From: Candidatus Bipolaricaulota bacterium
GTDB taxonomy: Bacteria; Bipolaricaulota; Bipolaricaulia; UBA7950; UBA9294
NCBI GenBank assembly: GCA_026390345.1
Contig: JAPLGD010000046.1
Span: forward strand, 1 to 59,003
Direction: 5' to 3'
DNA length: 59,003 nucleotides
Made by a program: the position numbers and the translations under genes. This document shows, in pieces, positions 18,589 to 27,828 of the stretch; the first letter of the stretch is position 1, and every line of letters begins with the position of its first letter. The notes below the pieces were generated by a model. The model saw only the letters and a list, made by a program, of their open reading frames with translations, was not told the DNA's origin and made no database searches.

Positions 18589-19596
18589 ATGGCGAAACTG
18601 GCGGACCTGCGAGACGACATCAAGAAGGTCGAGGCGGATCTCGGTGCTCAGCTTGAGGCGATCGACGATCCGTCCTCGCTTGAGGCGTTTCGGGTCGAGT
18701 TCCTGGGGAGAAAGGGACGCATCTCCGCCCTTCTGAAACAGCTCGGTGCCGTCGAGCCGGCCGAGCGCGCTCAGGCCGGCCAGTGGCTCAACGATCTCAA
18801 GGATCGAAGCGCCTCCGCATTCTCCGCGAGGGAGACCGAGCTTCGCCGGCGCGCTATGGATGACCGCCTTGCCAAGGAGCGCGCAGACGTCACGCTTCCC
18901 GGCGTCTACCGACCCTACGGACACGCCCACCCGCTATCGAAGGTCCAGGAAGAGATCGAGTCGATCTTTATGCGGATGGGATTCGACGTCGCCACGGGGC
19001 CCGAGATTGAGACCGAGTACTACAACTTCGAGGCGCTCAACATCCCGGCCGACCATCCGGCACGTGCCGATTGGGACACGTTCTACATCACGGACTCTAC
19101 GCTCCTTCGACCTCACACCTCTCCAGTGCAGATCCGGGTGATGGAGCGAAGCACCCCGCCCGTCCGCATCATCTGTCCTGGGCGGTGCTACCGGCGAGAC
19201 GCTCAGGACGCGACCCACTCGCCCGTGTTCCATCAGATCGAGCTTCTGTGGGTCGAGGAGGGGCTTTCGCTCGCGAACCTCAAGTTCGTTCTCGAGCTCT
19301 TCACCAAGGAGTACTTCGGGCCGGGATACGAAATGCGGTTCTCCGGTGACTTCTTCCCGTTCACCGAGCCGTCGGTCCAGGTGCACATCAAAGCCCCCGG
19401 CGCATCGCACTGGCTCGAGATCATGGGAGCGGGGATGGTGGATCCCGCCGTGCTCACCGCAGTCGGCTACGACCCGGAGCGCATCACCGGCTTCGCCTTC
19501 GGCCTCGGCATCGAGCGCATGGCGATGCTGAAGTACGGGATCGACGACATCCGGACGTTCCTGACGAACGACCTTCGATTCGTCCATCAGCTCTGA
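18589..19596 (+). CDS. pheS: Phenylalanine--tRNA ligase alpha subunit
   Basis: NFEALNIPADHPAR, LLRPHTSPVQ, DATHSPVFHQ, FPFTEPS, GFAFGLGIER. Confidence 0.97.
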   Translation: MAKLADLRDDIKKVEADLGAQLEAIDDPSSLEAFRVEFLGRKGRISALLKQLGAVEPAERAQAGQWLNDLKDRSASAFSARETELRRRAMDDRLAKERADVTLPGVYRPYGHAHPLSKVQEEIESIFMRMGFDVATGPEIETEYYNFEALNIPADHPARADWDTFYITDSTLLRPHTSPVQIRVMERSTPPVRIICPGRCYRRDAQDATHSPVFHQIELLWVEEGLSLANLKFVLELFTKEYFGPGYEMRFSGDFFPFTEPSVQVHIKAPGASHWLEIMGAGMVDPAVLTAVGYDPERITGFAFGLGIERMAMLKYGIDDIRTFLTNDLRFVHQL

Positions 19597-19608
19597 GTTC
19601 CGCAACCC

Positions 19609-20847
19609 CTATCCTGACCGTCGGAAGAGAAGCACCGCATTCTGTCCGCCGAACCCGAACGAGTTCGACAGCGCAACACGAATCTCCATCGTCGTGGCTC
19701 GAGGGGTGTAGTCAAGGTCGCACGCGGGGTCGGGCGTCTCGTAGTTGAGCGTCGCAGGAATGAAGGCGTGTTCCATGGACAGAAGCGTCGCGATGGCCTC
19801 CACGCCTCCCGCCGCGCCCAGCAGGTGGCCGACCTGCGACTTCGTGGAGCTGATCTTCACCGTCCGCGCGGCCTCACCGAGCGCGCGCTTGATCGCCATG
19901 GTCTCGATGCGATCGTTCGGCTCGGTCGACGTGCCGTGGGCGTTGATGTAGTCGACATCCTCCGGCCGAAGCCCCGCTCGGGAAAGGGCCATCTCGATCG
20001 CGCGCCGCGCCCCATCGCCGTCCTCCGCGGGGGAGGTGATGTGGAACGCGTCGCCCGTCATCCCGAACCCGGCGAGCTCGGCGTAGACGTGCGCCCCCCG
20101 GCGCTCGGCCCGCTCGGCGTCCTCCAGCACAAGGAATCCCGCACCCTCTCCCATAACGAAGCCGTCGCGGTCGCGGTCGAACGGTCGCGACGCTCGTTCG
20201 GGTTCCTCATTTCGCTTCGACAGGGCGCCGATGCGCGCGAACCCGGCGAACGTAATGCGGAGCATCACCGACTCCGCTCCCCCAGCGAGGATCATGTCCG
20301 CAAGCCCCGAGGCGATCCACTCCCCGGCGATCCCGATCGCGTGCGACCCACTCGCGCAGGCCGACACCACGCCGAAGTTGACGCCACGAAGGCCGTACTC
20401 GATCGAGATCTCGCCGGCCAGCGCGTTCGGCATGAGCCGTGTCACGAAGAACGGGCTGACTCGTCGGGGGCCGCGTTGCTCGAGTTCCCCGACGTTCTCG
20501 ACGAACGTCTCCATCCCCCCGATCCCGGTCCCGGAGACGACGCCCGAGCGATCGGGGTCGTAGTCGTCCGCGCCAAGTCCGGCGTCGCGCAGGGCAAGCC
20601 CCGCCGAGACGAGGGCCAGTTGCCCCGAACGATCGAGGTGTCGTGCCCGTTTCGGATCGAGGTGGGCCGTCGGATCGAAGTCGATGAGGGGCGCCCCGAT
20701 CTTGACGTCGATGTCGGTGAGGTCGATGACGTCGTCGACTCGCCGCACGCCGCTCCGCCCGCTCCGGAGCCCCTCCCAGAAGGCATCTCTGCCGGTTCCG
20801 ATCGGCGTGATCGGCCCGACACCGGTGACGATGACGCGCCTACGCAT
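19609..20847 (-). CDS. fabF: 3-oxoacyl-ACP synthase II
   Basis: SACASG, INAHGTST, TKSQVGHLLGAAG, SNSFGFGG. Confidence 0.96.
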   Translation of the reverse strand: MRRRVIVTGVGPITPIGTGRDAFWEGLRSGRSGVRRVDDVIDLTDIDVKIGAPLIDFDPTAHLDPKRARHLDRSGQLALVSAGLALRDAGLGADDYDPDRSGVVSGTGIGGMETFVENVGELEQRGPRRVSPFFVTRLMPNALAGEISIEYGLRGVNFGVVSACASGSHAIGIAGEWIASGLADMILAGGAESVMLRITFAGFARIGALSKRNEEPERASRPFDRDRDGFVMGEGAGFLVLEDAERAERRGAHVYAELAGFGMTGDAFHITSPAEDGDGARRAIEMALSRAGLRPEDVDYINAHGTSTEPNDRIETMAIKRALGEAARTVKISSTKSQVGHLLGAAGGVEAIATLLSMEHAFIPATLNYETPDPACDLDYTPRATTMEIRVALSNSFGFGGQNAVLLFRRSG

Positions 20848-21208
20848 GCTGCCCTCGCAGTCGCTCCGCCATTCGGAGACGGGCGGTCGCCGCGGCGCGC
20901 GCCTCGGGCGTGGCCTGGACGTCGTCGGCTCGGCTCCGAAGGGCGTCGAGGTCGATGTCCTTGACCGCCTCCACGTCCGTGGTCAGAACCGTGACCTCAC
21001 CGTTGCGCACTTCGAGCGTCCCGCTTCCACACAGGAAGCCGGCCTCGCCGTCGGCGCTCTTGATCCTCACCGGCCCCTCCCGCAGTTGCGCCAGGAGAGG
21101 CGCGTGTCCTTCGAGGACGGCAAACTCCCCCCGCGGCGTGCGAGCCACCACCATTGTGGCTTCTCCGTCGTAGTACGTTCGGTCTGGCGAGCGCAGCCGG
21201 CAGTGCAT
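20840..21208 (-). CDS. atpC: F-type ATP synthase epsilon subunit (stand-alone)
   Basis: SPDRTYYDGEATMVVARTPRGEFAVLEGHAPLL, GTLEV, VTVL, C-terminal helix ending ARLRMA. Confidence 0.85.
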   Translation of the reverse strand: MHCRLRSPDRTYYDGEATMVVARTPRGEFAVLEGHAPLLAQLREGPVRIKSADGEAGFLCGSGTLEVRNGEVTVLTTDVEAVKDIDLDALRSRADDVQATPEARAAATARLRMAERLRGQHA

Positions 21209-21276
21209 TCTTCCCCCTTCCATCCCCGCGAGACGAAGACTATAGGAGAGCGCGGGGACCACCCGCAAGGAGACCG

Positions 21277-21951
21277 CTACTCCTCGGCGACGCCTTCCAC
21301 GATGTCGACGGTTCGACTGGCACCGATCCTCGAGGCGCCGGCGGCGATCATCTCCAGCGCCGACTTCGTGTCCCGGATTCCCCCGGAAGCCTTGACGCCC
21401 ATCTCGGGTCCGACGACCCGCCGCAGGAGCGCGACATCGGCCGCTGTGGCTCCCCCCGTGGAGAACCCGGTCGACGTCTTCACGTAGTCGGCTCCGGCCT
21501 CCTTCGCGATCCGGGCACCGGCCGTCTTCTCCTCCTCCGAGAGGAGGCAGGTTTCGAGGATAGTCTTCACGAGCACCTCGCGTGGCGCCTTGCGTGCGGC
21601 GGCGCAGACGGCCCGGATGTCGTCCGACACCGTCTTCTCGTCCCCTTCTTTTAGCGCGTCGACGCGGATGACCATGTCAAGCTCGTCCGCGCCCAGGGCG
21701 ATCGCCTCGTCCGCCTCGCACCGCTTGGCGGCCGCCGTGGTGGCTCCGTGCGGAAACCCGATCACGACACACAGCTTCACCGCCGACCCATGCAAGAGTT
21801 CCTTGGCCAGCGCGGCGTGGCACGGGCTCACGCACACCGAGGCGGTGCCATACCGTACCGCCTCGGCGCACAGCTTCCGCACGCCGTCGCGGCTCGCCGT
21901 CGGCCCCAAGAGCGTGTGATCGATTCGGCTTGCCAACTCCCTACGGTTCAT
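21277..21951 (-). CDS. deoC: Deoxyribose-phosphate aldolase
   Basis: IDHTLL, VIGFPHG, GADELDMV, VKTSTGF, VKASGGIR, RIGAS. Confidence 0.96.
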   Translation of the reverse strand: MNRRELASRIDHTLLGPTASRDGVRKLCAEAVRYGTASVCVSPCHAALAKELLHGSAVKLCVVIGFPHGATTAAAKRCEADEAIALGADELDMVIRVDALKEGDEKTVSDDIRAVCAAARKAPREVLVKTILETCLLSEEEKTAGARIAKEAGADYVKTSTGFSTGGATAADVALLRRVVGPEMGVKASGGIRDTKSALEMIAAGASRIGASRTVDIVEGVAEE

Positions 21952-22020
21952 GCCTCTCCTCCTAGAGGGCGGCCTGCGCCGCCGCGAGCAACTCACTTCG
22001 GTGTGCGAACCGGCCACCCT

Positions 22021-22881
22021 TTAGCGTCCCAGCACCGTTCCGAGATCCGCCGCCTCGAACAGCTGGAAACTTCGCCCAGCCTCGTGAACCAGGCCGACGA
22101 GAAGATACCCCTCCGCGAACAACCGTTCGAATACGTCGCGCGTCGCCAGTCGCCATCGCCGAGCCTCGTCGGGAGCCGCCTCGCGCAACGCATCGAGGTG
22201 CGCGGGCACCTCCACGAGAAGGTGCGGACCCGTCGCGCTCCGGTCGATGTCGAGAAGCACCCGCTGGCCCGACGAGCCAGCAGTCGTCTTCGTAAGGACC
22301 GCCATCTCGTGGAGGCCGAGCCGATAGTGCGCAGCCTGGCGGCCCTCATCGACCACGGCCGTCGTCCTCGGGGCGCGCACCCACCACTCGACTCCCACGC
22401 GGTCGGTAGCCAGGCCGGCGTTCTGCCGGTCGTGGAGTTCGCCAAAGACGCTCCGCTCGTACCGCGAACCCACGGCGCCGAGCTTGTTCAGAGCGAGGTG
22501 TGTTTCGTCACCCCGCAGCGGGTCGATCCACCATCGGATCACTTCAACTCCGCGCTCGCCGGCCGCGGCACGCTCCGCCCTGCGAAGCGCGGACGCGACT
22601 CCGGCGTCGCGTCGCTGAGGCGACACTCCAAGGAACAACGTGAAGAGACCGGAGAAGCCTTCGTGCGTCCCCGCCAGGTCCACCAGCATGCCCGCCAGAA
22701 CGCGCGCCGGAGGCGACATATCCCACGCGCCCAGGATCAGCCCGCCGCTGTCGTGGACGACCCGCAGCGTGGGAACGTCGCACGTCGGCCGAGCGGCGTG
22801 CTCTCCGCGCACGTCCAGTTCCAAGCGCTCGCACGTCCGCCAAACCTCGAGTCCGGCGAGCCGCTCAACTTCGATATTCAT
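22021..22881 (-). CDS. GNAT-superfamily acetyltransferase (COG3375-like)
   Basis: GGLILGAW, LGVSPQRRDAGVASAL, IRWWIDPL, NKLGA, TDRVGVEW, ARRWRLATR. Confidence 0.8.
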   Translation of the reverse strand: MNIEVERLAGLEVWRTCERLELDVRGEHAARPTCDVPTLRVVHDSGGLILGAWDMSPPARVLAGMLVDLAGTHEGFSGLFTLFLGVSPQRRDAGVASALRRAERAAAGERGVEVIRWWIDPLRGDETHLALNKLGAVGSRYERSVFGELHDRQNAGLATDRVGVEWWVRAPRTTAVVDEGRQAAHYRLGLHEMAVLTKTTAGSSGQRVLLDIDRSATGPHLLVEVPAHLDALREAAPDEARRWRLATRDVFERLFAEGYLLVGLVHEAGRSFQLFEAADLGTVLGR

Positions 22882-25636
22882 CGGCCCGGTCGATGTGGCG
22901 CGACTTCTTGTCGCTGTACATCCTGCGGTCGACCTCGGACAGAAGCGACTCCAGCGAACGCGTGTCGCCCGGCTTGCGGGTGTAGATGCCGATGCTGAGG
23001 CCGATGTCGAGGTCGCCGATGCCGGTTCTCCTCGGCACGAGCAAGATGCGATCGTGGAGCCGATCCGCGACGAGGTTCGCTTCGTCCTCCTCCGTCTCCG
23101 GCATGAAGACGAGGAACTCGTCGCCGCCGTACCGGATGACCCGGTCCGACGTTCGCACGTTTTCATTGAGGAAGACGGCCACCTGTTGCAGCACTTCGTC
23201 GCCGCGCAGGTGCCCGAATCGGTTATTCACGGCCCGAAATCCATCGACGTCGATCATCACCACCGAGAACGGGTGCGCGTAGCGGTCACTTCGAGAGAGC
23301 TCCGGGGCGATGATCGAGTTGAAGTAGTGTCGGTTGAACAGACCCGTCAGCGGGTCGCGCACCGCCTGCTCGCGGAGCGTCATCTGCGACGCCAGGTTGG
23401 AGATCGCCGTCGCAAGGTGGCTTGCGATGACCTCCACGAGCTGCCGGTCCTCCTCGTCGAAGAACCCTGTCTCGCTGCTCTCGATGTTGAGAACCCCAAC
23501 CAGCCGGTCCCCGAACAGGAGGGGTACGGCAAGCTCGGACCGCGCCGACGGGAGCGCCTCGTAGTACCGCGGATCGGAGTGAACGTCGGAGACGAGCGCC
23601 GCGCGTTTGTTCCGGGCCGCCCAGGACACGATCCCTTTTCCCGTTGGCAACTTCCATCCGGACTCCACGCCGACCGAGTCATACGGGCCTCGAGTCCCCG
23701 CGGCGTACAACCGCTCGTCCCGATCCAGGAGGAAGATCGACGTGAGTTGGTAGTCGAACTGGTCGACGAGGAAGTCGAGCGCGCTGGCAACGATCTGCTC
23801 AACGGTCGTCGCCGCGGCGACTCGCTGCCCGAGCCCGTAGATGCGCGCCAACGCGTCTCGCCGATTCAGCGCGGAGATCGCCACCGACACCTGCCCCGCG
23901 ATCGCCGAGAGGACCTCGACATCCTGCTCGCCAAACGCCGCGAGGCGCCTGCTTTCTACGTCAATCGCGCCGGCCGCCCGCCGCTTGCCGATGATCGGCA
24001 CGGCGACCATCGATCGAATTGACGCTCGCGACTCCTTGTACCGCGCGTCGTCCGCGACGTCGGGGACGACGACCGGCTCGACATAGTTGATCGCCCACCG
24101 AGTGACTCCTTCCCCTTCCGTCGGGGTCCGCGTCCCTTTGGCGGGAACCTCGTGCCGGGGGAACACGCCGTCGGACGCCGTGCCGCGGAGCACGAGATCC
24201 GTTCCCTCGCGCATCCAAATCCCGCAGTAGTCCTGAGCCAGGTCGTCGCGAATCCTCCGTGCCGCAGCGTCGCACAACGCATCTAGACTCTGGATGTTCG
24301 CAAGCTCGTCGCCGAACTGCGAAAGGCTGTGAAGACGCTCCTTCTGTCGGCGAAGCAGATCCAGTTTGTAGACGTGCTCGATGGCCAGCGCCGCGAGGTT
24401 CGCCAGCGAAGCCACGGGCTCGATCGACGACACCGTCGGCACGCTCTGGTCCACCGGATCGTCCACGGAGATCGACCCGATGATCCCCGCCGTCCCGCGA
24501 AGCGGGATGAACAGCAGGTCGTCCTTGTGCCATCCCTCGAGCGTCACGGTTCCCGATAGACCGAGGTTGGCGGTCCACGGGACTTCGTCGTGGGGGATGT
24601 AGTACGCCGGACCCAGGCGGAAGCGCTCCTCGAACACCTCGCGGCGCTCGGACGGTGACATCGGGGGCTGCTCGAAGAGCGCCTTCCTCTCCTCCGGAGA
24701 AAGCCCCGAGCAGAGAATCTTCTCGGTTCCTCCCTCGAGTGGGACGAGGGTTGAGAGATCGTAGAGCGACAGCACGGCGCGCCGGAACCCGCTGTACTCG
24801 GTGATGGTGTCCAGAACGAGCTGCAAGATCCGGTCGATGTTCGGCTCCGCCAGGATCACCTCGCCCAGCTCGAGGACGATGCGATTCAGTCGACGCAATC
24901 GGACTTCGCGAGAGATGTCCCGGACGGTTCCCTCGATCCGCGCACCCCGCGTGCCGTCCAGAAGCCGCGTGCTGACCTCGACCACATGCTCGGCCCCGCC
25001 CTTCTCGACCATCCGATACGTGCGCGGACCGTCGGCCCCGACGCCCTGCGCGCGCGCTGCGAGCCCCTGCACCGCTCGTTCCCGATCGTCGAGCCCCACA
25101 AGCTCCTCGGGTCGCCGCCCGAGCAGCTCCTCACGGGTGTAGCCGGATGCGTCGACAAGGTACTCGTTGACGTACGTAATGCGCCCGTCAACCGACTCAA
25201 ACACCCCGACGGGAATTCGTTCGATCAGGTCTCGGGCATGCTCGGCCGCCTTCGCGGTCGCGCGATCCTCGCGCGCCTGCGCCGCTGCGCTCCGGACGAT
25301 CTCGAGAAGGACCGTCGCGTCCGGCGGATGGGGCAACCACAGCCGCGCACCAGCGAGAAGCGCAGCGGTTCCCGCGACCGCATCCCCGCTCTCGACGAGT
25401 ACCAGGACCGGAGTTCTTCCGGTCTGGCCGCCCTCCTCCGGCCGGTGGATCTCGGGACACGCCTCGTCCGACCCGAGGAAGAGGAGAACGACATCTGCGG
25501 CGTCCGCCCTCGCCTCGCTCCACTGACGTGCCACGTCGGTCGCGTACCCGGCGGTCTTCAGTGCCTCTTTGGCCGCCCGACAACGGGCGGCCGACGGGCA
25601 GACAATGAGGATGTTGCCGCGAGCGTTCTCGCTCAA
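22865..25636 (-). CDS. Diguanylate cyclase: pseudo-REC / PAS / three GAF / GGDEF
   Basis: DPLTGLFNR, DVDGFRAVN, GHLRGD, I-site RTSD, RYGGDEF; TTG start overlaps the era stop. Confidence 0.92.
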   Translation of the reverse strand: MSENARGNILIVCPSAARCRAAKEALKTAGYATDVARQWSEARADAADVVLLFLGSDEACPEIHRPEEGGQTGRTPVLVLVESGDAVAGTAALLAGARLWLPHPPDATVLLEIVRSAAAQAREDRATAKAAEHARDLIERIPVGVFESVDGRITYVNEYLVDASGYTREELLGRRPEELVGLDDRERAVQGLAARAQGVGADGPRTYRMVEKGGAEHVVEVSTRLLDGTRGARIEGTVRDISREVRLRRLNRIVLELGEVILAEPNIDRILQLVLDTITEYSGFRRAVLSLYDLSTLVPLEGGTEKILCSGLSPEERKALFEQPPMSPSERREVFEERFRLGPAYYIPHDEVPWTANLGLSGTVTLEGWHKDDLLFIPLRGTAGIIGSISVDDPVDQSVPTVSSIEPVASLANLAALAIEHVYKLDLLRRQKERLHSLSQFGDELANIQSLDALCDAAARRIRDDLAQDYCGIWMREGTDLVLRGTASDGVFPRHEVPAKGTRTPTEGEGVTRWAINYVEPVVVPDVADDARYKESRASIRSMVAVPIIGKRRAAGAIDVESRRLAAFGEQDVEVLSAIAGQVSVAISALNRRDALARIYGLGQRVAAATTVEQIVASALDFLVDQFDYQLTSIFLLDRDERLYAAGTRGPYDSVGVESGWKLPTGKGIVSWAARNKRAALVSDVHSDPRYYEALPSARSELAVPLLFGDRLVGVLNIESSETGFFDEEDRQLVEVIASHLATAISNLASQMTLREQAVRDPLTGLFNRHYFNSIIAPELSRSDRYAHPFSVVMIDVDGFRAVNNRFGHLRGDEVLQQVAVFLNENVRTSDRVIRYGGDEFLVFMPETEEDEANLVADRLHDRILLVPRRTGIGDLDIGLSIGIYTRKPGDTRSLESLLSEVDRRMYSDKKSRHIDRADEYRS

Positions 25637-26532
25637 GACGCCCCCGTCAGCTCGCGCACCTCGCGCTCGTCCTTCGTCCATCCTGGGAGAGCCGTCACGG
25701 CAAGCTCGAGGAACACCCGTCGCCCAAGGAACGCCTCGATGTCGGCTCGGGCCCGGGTCCCGATCCGCTTGATCAGCCGTCCGCCCTTCCCGATCACAAT
25801 CCCCTTCTGCGATTCCCTGTCGACGATGATCTCGGCCTTGATCTCGACCAGCCCGTCGTCGCGCTTCTCCACCCATTTCACCCGCACGGCAAGCGAGTGG
25901 GGAACCTCTTCGTACGTCAGCTCCGTGGCCTTCTCGCGAATCAGCTCCTCAATGAGGAAGGCCTCACCGCGGTCGCACTTCACGTCGGGGGAGAAGAGCG
26001 CCGGCGACGGCGGCAGGTATGTCGTCAGCGTCTTCACGAGGTCGTCGAGGCCCTTGCCGGTGCGCGCCGAGACTGGAATGACCTCGGCAAAAGCTCCAAG
26101 CTCCGTGTAGGCAAGGAGCGTCTCCTCGAGGTCATTCCCCCGAGCGACGTCGATCTTGTTCACCACCAGGATGAGCGGGAACCCCTCCCGCGCGAGGTTC
26201 TCGATCGCTTGCCGATCCTCATCCTCGACGCGCCGCCACGGTTCGACGACGTAGGCCGCCAGGTCGAGACCCCGCGCGCTGCGGTGGCTCTCGCGAAGGA
26301 GCTGACGGCCGAGAAGAGTCTTGGCCCGATGGAGCCCCGGCGTATCGACGAAGACGATCTGGGCTTCCGCCGTGGTCAGGACGCAGCGAATGCTGCACCG
26401 CGTCGTCTGCGGCTTCGCCGACGTGATCACAACCTTCTCGCCGAGTATCGCATTCAGGAGCGTGGACTTGCCGACGTTGGTCTGGCCGAAGACACCCACG
26501 TAGCCGGCATGAAATTGCAGATCCTGTGTCAT
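25633..26532 (-). CDS. era: GTPase Era
   Basis: GQTNVGKS, PQTTR, DTPG, NKID, EEVPHS, SQKGIVIGKGG KH domain. Confidence 0.96.
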   Translation of the reverse strand: MTQDLQFHAGYVGVFGQTNVGKSTLLNAILGEKVVITSAKPQTTRCSIRCVLTTAEAQIVFVDTPGLHRAKTLLGRQLLRESHRSARGLDLAAYVVEPWRRVEDEDRQAIENLAREGFPLILVVNKIDVARGNDLEETLLAYTELGAFAEVIPVSARTGKGLDDLVKTLTTYLPPSPALFSPDVKCDRGEAFLIEELIREKATELTYEEVPHSLAVRVKWVEKRDDGLVEIKAEIIVDRESQKGIVIGKGGRLIKRIGTRARADIEAFLGRRVFLELAVTALPGWTKDEREVRELTGAS

Positions 26533-26623
26533 AGTACAACGTCTTTTCCCCCGGCTTCGGAAGGCTCGGAGCCCTTTACACTCATTTCCTCTCTCCGTGT
26601 GCCTCCGACAAGCCGGTTGCCGC

Positions 26624-26674
26624 AGTATACGCACCGGAAACGTCGTTGTAAAGCGAAGGTTCGCATTCTATACT
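26624..26674. promoter_or_regulatory. Back-to-back divergent promoters sharing the -35 region TTGTAAA
   Basis: Plus strand: TTGTAA(26646)-17-TATACT(26669); minus strand: TTTACA(26652)-17-TATACT(26629) toward era. Confidence 0.7.
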
Positions 26675-26688
26675 TTGCCCGGTGCTCC

Positions 26689-27828
26689 ATGAATACGCTT
26701 GTGACCAACATCCGCCAGCTCGTCACTCCGACTGGAGCAGAGCCGGCCCACGGCGAGCGAATGGGAGCGCTGTCGGTGAGAGAGAGCCCGCACATCCTTC
26801 TTCACGGCGATCGTGTTGTCAGCGTGTCGGATGCCCGCCCGAGCGAGAAGACAGACGCCGTGATCGATGCCGCAGGTGGCATCGTACTCCCAGGACTCAT
26901 CGATCCGTTCTTGTGGGCCACCGACCCGACGAACCCTGACACCTCGAGCCCATCGCCCGCGACATCCTTCGATCGACGGGCCGCGTCTGCGTTTGCTCAG
27001 ATCCTCCGCCACGGCACGACCGCCGTTGAGGTTCGCACGCCGGCCGCTCCTGGTTGGCATCGCGTCGAAGAGATCCTCGCGTCCGCCGAGTTGGCCGCCC
27101 GCCAGTCGTGCGTTCGGATCCTCGCCTGCTTTCTGGGCGCTCCCCCCGTCGAGTCACCTCGTTCTTCCGATGACCGGATCTCGGCCCTGATCGGCGAGAC
27201 GATCCCGGGAATTCAACGCCATCGGCTGGCGTCGTGCTGCGCCGCCCTCTGCGGCGAAGGGGGCTACAACCGCAAGGAGGCGAGGGCGATCCTTCGGGCC
27301 GCGCACGGCGCCGGACTCGGGGTCAAGGTTCAGGCGTCCGGCGCCGGCGGAGACGCTGTTCTCCTCGCGTCCGAACTCGAGGCCACGACCCTAGACCACC
27401 TCATTCGGGCCAGCCGCGCCGAGCTCGAACGGCTACGGCAGGCCGACGTCATCCCCGTGCTTCTTCCCGGCGACCCGTTTCTCCCCGATCTCCCCTGGGC
27501 GGACGCGAGGGCAATGCTCGACGCCGGGCTGGCCGTCGCACTCGGAAGCGCCGCCGCCGCCACGGGGGCCGGAATCCTGTCAATGGCCACCGTCCTCTCT
27601 CTGGCGGTCCGCACGATGGGCCTCACTCTCGCCGAGGCGCTCACGGCGGTCACGCTGAACGCCGCGGCGGCTCTCGGCCGCGCCCACCAGCTGGGCACCA
27701 TCGAGCCTGGGAAGCAGGCAGACCTTCTCATCCTCGACCTCGACGACTACCGGCAGATCAGCGACTTCGTCGTCGGCCTTCCTGTCCGAGAAGTTGTCGT
27801 CGGAGGCAAAGTCGCATGCCGAACATGA
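26689..27828 (+). CDS. HutI (imidazolonepropionase)-like amidohydrolase-fold protein lacking the metal ligands
   Basis: IDAAGGIVLPGLIDP, HGTTAVE, DHL, EALTAVTLNAA, GTIEPGKQAD; the HxH motif is replaced by FLW. Confidence 0.8.
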   Translation: MNTLVTNIRQLVTPTGAEPAHGERMGALSVRESPHILLHGDRVVSVSDARPSEKTDAVIDAAGGIVLPGLIDPFLWATDPTNPDTSSPSPATSFDRRAASAFAQILRHGTTAVEVRTPAAPGWHRVEEILASAELAARQSCVRILACFLGAPPVESPRSSDDRISALIGETIPGIQRHRLASCCAALCGEGGYNRKEARAILRAAHGAGLGVKVQASGAGGDAVLLASELEATTLDHLIRASRAELERLRQADVIPVLLPGDPFLPDLPWADARAMLDAGLAVALGSAAAATGAGILSMATVLSLAVRTMGLTLAEALTAVTLNAAAALGRAHQLGTIEPGKQADLLILDLDDYRQISDFVVGLPVREVVVGGKVACRT

